From the IMG/VR virus record IMGVR_UViG_3300042507_002545, positions 1 to 64,000 of that record: DNA of 64,000 bases; one strand, written 5' to 3'. Each line of letters starts with the position of its first letter. Positions within the stretch are counted from its first letter, which is position 1. Shown piece after piece: positions 39,908-46,483 of the stretch. Made by a program: the position numbers and the translations under genes. The notes below the pieces were generated by a model, which saw only the letters and a list, made by a program, of their open reading frames with translations, did no database searches and had not been told where the DNA came from. Source of the DNA: a virus (lineage: Duplodnaviria > Caudoviricetes).

Positions 39908-40909
39908 ATGAATAAGATAACCGCTACTGGCAAACTCGCTAAACAGTATCTTAAGAAGTATCCTAGTCTTCCCATCCTTACAATTGCTAAACTTATGTAC
40001 GCTGAAAATGATTTGCACTTTAATAGTGTAGATCATGCACGTTCATTACTTAAGCGTCACTCTGGACTAGGTGGTAAAGAAACCAGAAAGAACGTAGATC
40101 CAGAATTACAAAGACCTATAACATATAACTATGCTCCATTTAATGACATACCAAAATCATATAAGTCTGGACCTAATGACTTTGAATTGCCAAGTGATGC
40201 TAATCACATTCTTGCTCTTTCTGATGTTCACTTTCCTTATCACGATGAAGAAGCTCTTGGTGCTGCTATACAATACGGCATTGATCAAAAGATTAATACG
40301 GTTATTCTCAACGGTGATATTTTAGACTTCTACCAGTTGTCACGGTTTGACAAGGACCCTTCTAAACCTAAGATGCAAGTAGAACTTGAACAAGGTAGAT
40401 GGTTTATGAAAGCACTACGCACAGCATTCCCTAAAGCGAGAATCTATTACAAGATTGGTAACCACGAAGATAGACTTGAAAAGTGGTTAAAGATTAAGGC
40501 GCCAGAATGGATTGGTATGGAGGAGTTTGAGTTAAAGATGTTACTTCGTTTTGGAGAAAACCAAATACAGCTTATCGATTCAAATGCTACAATAAAAGCT
40601 GGTAATCTTAACATTATTCACGGTCATGAATATTTAGGTGGAGGTACTATAAATCCAGCAAGAAATTTGTATCTTAAAGCTAAGGCCAGTACTATTTGCG
40701 GACACTTTCATAGAAAATCAGAGTTTGTTACTCGCGATATCAACAACAATATCCAAGGTGCTTGGACTACAGGTTGTTTATGTGAACTATACCCAGAGTA
40801 CATGAAAGGACACAGCGATTGGGTACATGGTTTTGCGGTTATTAAGATAGAGAAGGATGGCACCTTTTCAGTAGATAACAAAATGATTATTGACGGAGTA
40901 GTATCATAA
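39908..40909 (+). CDS. Calcineurin-like metallophosphoesterase
   Basis: SDVH, NGDILD, GNHE, HGHE and GHFH motifs all present. Confidence 0.9.
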   Translation: MNKITATGKLAKQYLKKYPSLPILTIAKLMYAENDLHFNSVDHARSLLKRHSGLGGKETRKNVDPELQRPITYNYAPFNDIPKSYKSGPNDFELPSDANHILALSDVHFPYHDEEALGAAIQYGIDQKINTVILNGDILDFYQLSRFDKDPSKPKMQVELEQGRWFMKALRTAFPKARIYYKIGNHEDRLEKWLKIKAPEWIGMEEFELKMLLRFGENQIQLIDSNATIKAGNLNIIHGHEYLGGGTINPARNLYLKAKASTICGHFHRKSEFVTRDINNNIQGAWTTGCLCELYPEYMKGHSDWVHGFAVIKIEKDGTFSVDNKMIIDGVVS

Positions 40910-40911
40910 CT

Positions 40912-41133
40912 ATGGCAACAACTATTAGAGCTGGAATTTATATAGACCCACTCAGTGAGGAAGAGTCTACCCCTGAGATCTATATTGATCACAGCATGAT
41001 CCAGATATATAGTCAGGAGGATATCCTTGTTGCCCAAATTAGTTATGAAGAACTCCGCGGTATTTTAGCCATCATGGCGGCGGAACAAGAAAAGACTCAC
41101 CTGCGTATTCAGGCTATTGGTCGGAACAACTAG
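40912..41133 (+). CDS. Hypothetical protein, 73 aa
   Basis: ATG 2 nt after the previous stop. Confidence 0.6.
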   Translation: MATTIRAGIYIDPLSEEESTPEIYIDHSMIQIYSQEDILVAQISYEELRGILAIMAAEQEKTHLRIQAIGRNN

Positions 41134-41137
41134 TCTT

Positions 41138-41772
41138 GTAACAAATTTAGCGTAAAATTGTTACCACACTAAAGTATGTTTTAGCAGTCATTAACCCCAG
41201 TTTTCTGGATAATGTATAGTATACCATACTATAATGTGGTTTATAAGAAACAAAAAACCTCAGTTTTATACCCTGTAAGGGACATTATCATGTATAGAGA
41301 GTATACTCCGTACCTCTCCGGGTACGTTTTATAGTATTGATGTCAGGATAAACCTGGCACCATTGATATGAGATAGATGTTATAAACCACATCTGTCACA
41401 AATATGTTAAACTTTTGTGACAAGCTTGATGGGTACTGGAGGGGTACTTGGGGGAAAGTATAGTAAACTTTTGCGACAGCTATAGTGGAAAATAATCACC
41501 AGAATCAGGCTTTTAGTGGAAAATAATCCCCAACTCCCTTGCGCTAATCCGCCATTACTGGAAAATTTTAGGAGTATTGGCGAACTATAGAGTGCCAAAC
41601 TCTGTAACAAAACATGGACAAACTCGGAAGTTTACCGAGTTACCCCCTATAATTTTGCATGAATTTTTCCAGATTTTGCATGCAGATACATATAGTATTG
41701 CCACATGAGCCCATATTTATATGTAGGAGCATATAGGGAGAATGTCCAGTTTTTTGCGCAATAAACTTGACA
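41138..41772. repeat. Array of unrelated short inverted repeats
   Basis: Examples: 41138-41164, 41215-41233, 41394-41422, 41621-41641, 41743-41772. Also a 15 bp direct repeat TAGTGGAAAATAATC at 41483 and 41514. Confidence 0.7.
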
Positions 41773-42136
41773 CCTTTGGTTCTCCTACATATACCCCCCT
41801 AGGGAAGTAGACAATCAACATACCCCCGGTAGTAAGGTTAGGTGGGGACACCCCCGGGAGGATGGTGTAGGGAATTTTTTATGGGGGTAGGGGATTTATA
41901 ATGTGGGAGATGATGTGAGGGGTATACAACAAATCAACCCCCGGCTTTAAACTTTTTAGGGGGTACCCCCCATGAAATTTGAAACATTTCATTTAAAAGT
42001 TGAAATCCAAAGAAAACATTTTGCTATGTAGAAAATGTTTATACGTCATATAACTATGACATGCTTGATTTGAGTTGCACAACAAAGACTTGAGTTGTTG
42101 TGTTGTGCCACCCGACCCCGACCACCACCCCTAGAT

Positions 42137-42169
42137 ATGTTGCAAGCAACATCATTGATACAACATATC
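42137..42169 (+). promoter_or_regulatory. Candidate early promoter 1 (hairpin + ATACAACATATC)
   Basis: ATGTTGC-AA-GCAACAT followed by ATACAACATATC upstream of the ATG at 42188. Confidence 0.6.
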
Positions 42170-42187
42170 ATTCATAATCTTAAGATA

Positions 42188-42391
42188 ATGAATAACTTTT
42201 TAAACTCGCTAGTAGGTCATACTGACCTATACCAAGCTAAAAAGCAGGTGATTCGTGAAATCATTGCTTTCACCAAGTTTCCCAAATCACGCACAAGCCG
42301 TGAATTTCTTTGGGGCAAAGACATTCAAGAGCTTGCGGCAATGCACCGTGAGCTATTGACATACCAAACGGTGCAATTGGAAATCGCTTAG
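42188..42391 (+). CDS. Early hypothetical protein, 67 aa
   Basis: Likely start MNNFLNSL; the stop codon lies in the terminator loop. Confidence 0.65.
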   Translation: MNNFLNSLVGHTDLYQAKKQVIREIIAFTKFPKSRTSREFLWGKDIQELAAMHRELLTYQTVQLEIA

Positions 42392-42404
42392 GCGATTTCT
42401 TTTT
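42380..42404 (+). terminator. Intrinsic terminator
   Basis: GAAATCGC-TTAG-GCGATTTC-TTTTT. Confidence 0.85.
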
Positions 42405-42431
42405 GCTTTGCAATTATTAATACAACATATC
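42403..42431 (+). promoter_or_regulatory. Candidate early promoter 2
   Basis: TTGC-TTT-GCAA, 6 nt spacer, ATACAACATATC. Confidence 0.6.
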
Positions 42432-42447
42432 TTTCATAATCATAATT

Positions 42448-42630
42448 ATGAAAAAGTTCATGTTAATCATTACAATTATCGCATGGCTAGACAGCCTTGC
42501 GCTAATCTTCATTACTAACACTTTGCCGCATATTAGCAGTAAACCATTCGTGAATGGCTTCCTGATATTCTGCGCAGGATTCATCTCGTACTTGATATAC
42601 TATCAATTACGCGATATGAGAAAGGCTTAG
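42448..42630 (+). CDS. Early small membrane protein (2 TM)
   Basis: Two hydrophobic helices in 60 aa; has its own promoter-like motif and terminator. Confidence 0.7.
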   Translation: MKKFMLIITIIAWLDSLALIFITNTLPHISSKPFVNGFLIFCAGFISYLIYYQLRDMRKA

Positions 42631-42648
42631 GCCTTTCTCTTTTCTTTT
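42618..42648 (+). terminator. Intrinsic terminator
   Basis: GAGAAAGGC-TTAG-GCCTTTCTC-TTTTCTTTT. Confidence 0.85.
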
Positions 42649-42675
42649 GCTGCGCAATAGGTAATACACCATATA
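42647..42675 (+). promoter_or_regulatory. Candidate early promoter 3
   Basis: TTGC-TGC-GCAA, 6 nt spacer, ATACACCATATA. Confidence 0.6.
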
Positions 42676-42710
42676 CTAATAAAATCAGTTTCACTTAATT
42701 TAAATTTATC

Positions 42711-43082
42711 ATGGTAGAACCAATCAAAATTCAAATCTCGTTATCAGATTTATTAGACGTCATCAACGCAAGCAGCAATCCTATAGTTGCAGCTGCTGTT
42801 CTTGATGGCTCTTATGTAAGCCCACTTCAAGATAAAGATCTTGTAGGTCGCTTTCATAAGAACTTTAACATCAAGAAAGATGACGACACGCGTGACCATT
42901 ATTTGCTCTTGTTCCAAGGCTACAATAAATGGTCTGATGAGGTGACCTTTAAGAAAGATCACCCCAACGCGTGGTCCGGCAACAACACCATGTCTTTAGC
43001 AGAATGGCGTGCTGCCTATGACTTTGAGCCTTCTACACTTGGCAAGGCTGATACCAAGGCATCAACCGTTGGCCAATTGTAA
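42711..43082 (+). CDS. Early hypothetical protein, 123 aa
   Basis: ORF flanked by the promoter-like motif and a terminator. Confidence 0.75.
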   Translation: MVEPIKIQISLSDLLDVINASSNPIVAAAVLDGSYVSPLQDKDLVGRFHKNFNIKKDDDTRDHYLLLFQGYNKWSDEVTFKKDHPNAWSGNNTMSLAEWRAAYDFEPSTLGKADTKASTVGQL

Positions 43083-43089
43083 GGCTCAT

Positions 43090-43117
43090 GAAACCCCTTC
43101 GGGGGTTTCTTTTTTTT
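43090..43117 (+). terminator. Intrinsic terminator
   Basis: GAAACCCC-TTCG-GGGGTTTC followed by T8. Confidence 0.9.
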
Positions 43118-43145
43118 GCTTCGCAAATAGATAATACTACATATC
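43115..43145 (+). promoter_or_regulatory. Candidate early promoter 4
   Basis: TTTGC-TTC-GCAAA, 6 nt spacer, ATACTACATATC. Confidence 0.6.
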
Positions 43146-43169
43146 CTTGAAAATCAATTATCAAATTTT

Positions 43170-43580
43170 ATGAAAAATTTAACAATCAAATTTCAGCGTT
43201 CTTACCGCAAAGCAGGTAAAACGCCCGGCGCCCCTTCTCGCCTAATCTTCGTATATCTTGTAACTGGTACTGCAGAGCAGTTAACCGAGTTCCGCGATAT
43301 CCAAAGCGCAAATCTGCGTGAAGATGAAAAGGGAAACCCTTTGTTCTTCACTAGCAGATATGCTGGCGAGACAGCGATGCTCACGCTTAACCATGCTGGT
43401 ACTGACTACTATGTAGACAATACCGAGATGGATAAGCAGGCATCACTGGTTGAACAGTTTGGCGGTAATCTTGGTCAGGCAATTGCTATGCAGATTGCTG
43501 CCCAAGCCACCGGCAAAGTTCAACAGGTCGCCCCCGCTGCGGTACCCGCTGACAAGACACAAGGTCTTGGCACCGTGTAA
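43170..43580 (+). CDS. Early hypothetical protein, paralog A
   Basis: Collinear with 44018-44410 (EDEKG.PLFFTSRY, TEMDKQA..V.QFGGNLGQA, GLGTV). Confidence 0.85.
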   Translation: MKNLTIKFQRSYRKAGKTPGAPSRLIFVYLVTGTAEQLTEFRDIQSANLREDEKGNPLFFTSRYAGETAMLTLNHAGTDYYVDNTEMDKQASLVEQFGGNLGQAIAMQIAAQATGKVQQVAPAAVPADKTQGLGTV

Positions 43581-43591
43581 CTACGCGGTAC

Positions 43592-43621
43592 ACCCTACTC
43601 TTCGGAGTAGGGTTTTTTTTT
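43592..43621 (+). terminator. Intrinsic terminator
   Basis: ACCCTACTC-TTCG-GAGTAGGGT followed by a T-tract. Confidence 0.9.
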
Positions 43622-43827
43622 GCTCTGCAAGTTTTTATATACAAGTCTTGTCCAGTGTTACTTGTACAATAGTAATCGTATATAATTATATCCGTAGGAA
43701 GCCGTAAATGTATACACGTATATAGTTATTATTGGATTCCTATGTATATACCTCTCCCGGGACACAGACACACTTATGCACTGATACACAAGACATTAGC
43801 GTATTTGTATACTTGTATTCCTATTAA

Positions 43828-43945
43828 CGCTCGCGCTTCGCGCTCGCTTTTTAATGCTTCGCATTTATTTTAGCTCGCTTCGCTCGCTTTATTCGCTACG
43901 CGAATTTTTTAGATACTACTCATCTTCGCTGCGCTCGATGAGTTC
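43828..43945 (+). repeat. Cluster of GC-TNC-GC mini-hairpins ending in candidate promoter 5
   Basis: GCGC-TTC-GCGC, AATGC-TTC-GCATT and ATTCGC-TAC-GCGAAT, followed by ATACTACTCATC at 43913. Confidence 0.6.
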
Positions 43946-44017
43946 GCCGAGTACTGAGTACAGGTGAACCGGGTAAGCGTGAATAGTAATCAATTTATAA
44001 TCAATTAATTAGGGCTT

Positions 44018-44410
44018 ATGAGCACACTACAATTGACATTTGCGCGCCAGTATCGCAAGAAAACTACTGGCAAGTTGGTATTCGTGTATAACGTGAAGGG
44101 CACTGCCGCACAGTTAGATGAGTACCGTGATGCACAGGGAAGTTTCCTTGTGGAAGATGAGAAAGGACAACCATTGTTCTTTACATCTCGCTATGTGGGT
44201 GAGGTTTGCCCGCTTGTTGCTAACCATAACGGGGACGGATTCTATGCCGACACCACGGAGATGGACAAGCAAGCTGCGATGGTGCAGCAGTTTGGTGGTA
44301 ATTTGGGCCAAGCGTTGGCTGCACAGATTGCTGCAAGCGTTGCGGGTAAAGGTGCTGCTACCTCACAAGTGGCAAGTGCACCAGTGTCTAAGGGATTAGG
44401 CACAGTTTAA
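44018..44410 (+). CDS. Early hypothetical protein, paralog B
   Basis: Paralog of 43170-43580. Confidence 0.85.
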   Translation: MSTLQLTFARQYRKKTTGKLVFVYNVKGTAAQLDEYRDAQGSFLVEDEKGQPLFFTSRYVGEVCPLVANHNGDGFYADTTEMDKQAAMVQQFGGNLGQALAAQIAASVAGKGAATSQVASAPVSKGLGTV

Positions 44411-44712
44411 TGCTAACTAATTGAGTATCAGTGTGTTTGTGAGTTAATAACACACTGATGCTCTTTCTTATTAGTATTGCAATGTACAATGAAGTGCGAC
44501 AAATGAACGCGCACTAGATAGCTAAGGGATTGTAGTACGAGTACTCTTCCCTGTATTAATGCATCATAACTTACTTCACAAGGGTAAGCAGTTGTAATAG
44601 AATTCCTAATGGAGAACAAGTTTAGATACTTGACGTCTAGTTATCCTACATGGTATTACAACTGAATGCAGAGTGGTACAATAGAATGTTTAACCCCTTA
44701 ATCTTTATTACT

Positions 44713-44943
44713 ATGGAGTTTGAATACTCAAGTGTTACAAGTGCAGGTTATATATCGGCCTCTGAAGTTAGTTCTTCCGATGTACTTCCCGCTAAAGAGT
44801 TGCTTATGTCAAACTGCAGGCCTTATAAGTTTTACCAAGTGGTTGAGCATATGGCTAATGGTTCCGTTGCTTGTATAGACCAGGATTGTAATCCTGTATC
44901 TTTATCTATAAATGATGTAGCAATTGTTAATTGGTATGAGTAA
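44713..44943 (+). CDS. Hypothetical protein
   Basis: Likely start MEFEYSS after a TAACCCCTTAA leader. Confidence 0.55.
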   Translation: MEFEYSSVTSAGYISASEVSSSDVLPAKELLMSNCRPYKFYQVVEHMANGSVACIDQDCNPVSLSINDVAIVNWYE

Positions 44944-45124
44944 GTTGATTTTGTTTTTCTACTTGTTAACCGGGAAGGTTGAGAAGGTAGACGGATTGTA
45001 TACGATACATACTACTGAGAGTTCTGTTATTGAGTACGCTTGTGAGGGTGAAGTATTAGAGTATATAGAGACAGGTGTCTTTAGATATGATGATAACCTC
45101 GCAAAGCCTGGTGAGTTGGAATAG
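44936..45124 (+). CDS. Hypothetical protein
   Basis: Likely start MSKLILFF overlapping the previous stop. Confidence 0.55.
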   Translation: MSKLILFFYLLTGKVEKVDGLYTIHTTESSVIEYACEGEVLEYIETGVFRYDDNLAKPGELE

Positions 45125-45182
45125 GTAGGAAGCCGGGGTTTTTGATGATGATTTTCCCCGGCGTTCCTATATTTTTGAAAAA

Positions 45183-45578
45183 ATGTTTAACTTAATACTT
45201 AATACCGTGGAAAAGAAAGGTTTTATTATGGGCTTGGTTATAGCCTCATGTGTATGGATTACTACTATTGTATTGATTCTACGCACACAAGATAACCCGA
45301 TAATCATAGAGAAATGTGACTTTACTGAAGATGACATTATAGACACAGAGTTTGAACAACTGATGATTAACACTCGTGTTAATGCTTATGCGCATGGTTA
45401 TTATACCTGTTTACGGGATACAAGACCTGATATACATATGGCATATATGTCTTGTATTGTGCAATTAGAAACAGTACAGGGTGATGAAGCATTTAACGCT
45501 ATTGTTGATGCTGAATGTTCAAATCGTGGTCTGAGTGTTGAAGACAAGGAATATTTACGTACTCTATTATTAGATTAA
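45183..45578 (+). CDS. Membrane-anchored hypothetical protein
   Basis: N-terminal TM segment FIMGLVIASCVWITTIVLIL. Confidence 0.65.
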   Translation: MFNLILNTVEKKGFIMGLVIASCVWITTIVLILRTQDNPIIIEKCDFTEDDIIDTEFEQLMINTRVNAYAHGYYTCLRDTRPDIHMAYMSCIVQLETVQGDEAFNAIVDAECSNRGLSVEDKEYLRTLLLD

Positions 45579-45579
45579 A

Positions 45580-45798
45580 ATGACAAGAGAACTTGCTAGA
45601 ATTAAGACCATACAGAAGTTTACTAACTTACTTGATGGCACGTTGTTACCAGGATATAGTGTGGCTCAAGTAATTAGTTACTATGAGTCACAGCTTCTTG
45701 GTGTCCCTACTGATAATATTAGTAGGGTAGATGGTATCACCGCCAACTTCATGGAGGATTATATAAATAATCTCGATGATGGTGATCAAATATTGTAA
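45580..45798 (+). CDS. Hypothetical protein, 72 aa
   Basis: ATG 1 nt after the previous stop. Confidence 0.6.
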   Translation: MTRELARIKTIQKFTNLLDGTLLPGYSVAQVISYYESQLLGVPTDNISRVDGITANFMEDYINNLDDGDQIL

Positions 45799-45867
45799 AG
45801 CGAAGAATGCATACAGCACTATAAACAAACTATGGTAAAGTTAAAACGCATTCTGTATCTTTACAAT
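45792..45867 (+). ncRNA. Candidate CAGCAC-loop RNA, copy 1
   Basis: Outer stem ATTGTAAAG/CTTTACAAT, internal loop, inner stem AGAATGC/GCATTCT; loop begins ATACAGCACTATAAA. Confidence 0.65.
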
Positions 45868-45869
45868 CT

Positions 45870-45974
45870 ATTATGTGTTTAGTTGTAGGTAGCAATACCA
45901 TTTAAAGATGTGAATACTATATTTAGAGCGGGTGCTTAACACATCCCAAGTATAGTTACAACTAAATGCATAAT
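45870..45974 (+). ncRNA. Candidate pseudoknotted three-way-junction RNA
   Basis: 18 bp closing stem with two G-U pairs, GGTA-GCAA-TACC GNRA hairpin, 9 bp stem and a GATGTG/CACATC pseudoknot. Confidence 0.55.
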
Positions 45975-46045
45975 TATTTATAGCCCATAAGGGCAAATTT
46001 TAAAATTATATACCTTACATTATTCAATTGAAGTTAAATGGTGAC

Positions 46046-46197
46046 GCCTATAATCTATTAGGCTATGTGTATTTACCCGAAGGTCAGTCTACCGGGATAT
46101 TGCAGGAATGTAATAGTTACACAAATGATTGGTAAAAGAACTGTGACAGGTTCTAACCAAAGGTCGTTTGAAAGTTAAGGGTGCATGTCAAAGCACC
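46046..46197 (+). ncRNA. Candidate multi-hairpin structured RNA
   Basis: Stems GCCTA/TAGGC; TGTGTA/TACACA enclosing CCCG/CGGG and TATTGCA-GGAA-TGTAATA; TTGGT..AGAAC/GTTCT.ACCAA; GGTGC/GCACC. Confidence 0.45.
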
Positions 46198-46204
46198 GCA
46201 AGCT

Positions 46205-46289
46205 TGTTCTTATGTTAGTGAAGGATAGTTCAGCACTATAAAAACTACAATTATAAGGTTAAACAACTATTCTGTTTAACATAAGAGCA
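46205..46289 (+). ncRNA. Candidate CAGCAC-loop RNA, copy 2
   Basis: Outer stem TGTTCTTATGTTA/TAACATAAGAGCA, inner stem AGGATAGTT/AACTATTCT; loop begins CAGCACTATAAA. Confidence 0.65.
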
Positions 46290-46293
46290 TTTA

Positions 46294-46415
46294 GCACATG
46301 AAAGAATGAATCAGCACTGTAAAAAAATTACAATGCACGAGACAATAAAAGTCTCAAGGGAAAGGTAGGCCACAACAAGTTAGTTGTTAGGCTCTCTTCA
46401 TTCTGTTGTATGTGC
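46294..46415 (+). ncRNA. Candidate CAGCAC-loop RNA, copy 3 (expanded loop)
   Basis: Outer stem GCACATG/TATGTGC, inner stem AGAATGAA/TTCATTCT; loop TCAGCACTGTAAA plus GAGAC/GTCTC and ACAAC/GTTGT sub-hairpins. Confidence 0.65.
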
Positions 46416-46483
46416 AAAAGCCTAGTAGTGATACTCGTGGCCTGCCAATCTTAAATTATTGTTTAACCAAAACCCTTTACGCA

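Noticed and set aside
41407-41610. 67 aa minus-strand ORF in the palindrome array
   Set aside because: Non-ATG start, no leader, and it runs through G-runs and dyads; most likely spurious.
42137-43924. Mini-CRISPR interpretation of the ATACWMCATAT repeats
   Set aside because: The intervening sequences are complete ORFs with terminators of 250-780 bp, not spacers.
45870-45974. Assignment to twister or hammerhead ribozyme
   Set aside because: It has twister-like words (AGAG, TTAA, GTTACAA) but not in the right order or pairing, and no CUGANGA/GAAA core. Left as unclassified.
45792-46415. CRISPR array or tRNA cluster as an explanation for the CAGCAC repeats
   Set aside because: The repeats are short, degenerate and irregularly spaced; there is no cloverleaf, TTCRA T-loop or CCA end.
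46406-46483. N-terminal extension of the DUF2828-type ORF from a TTG start
   Set aside because: It overlaps RNA copy 3; the ATG at 46484 has an AACCAAAACCC leader and begins the recognisable family sequence.
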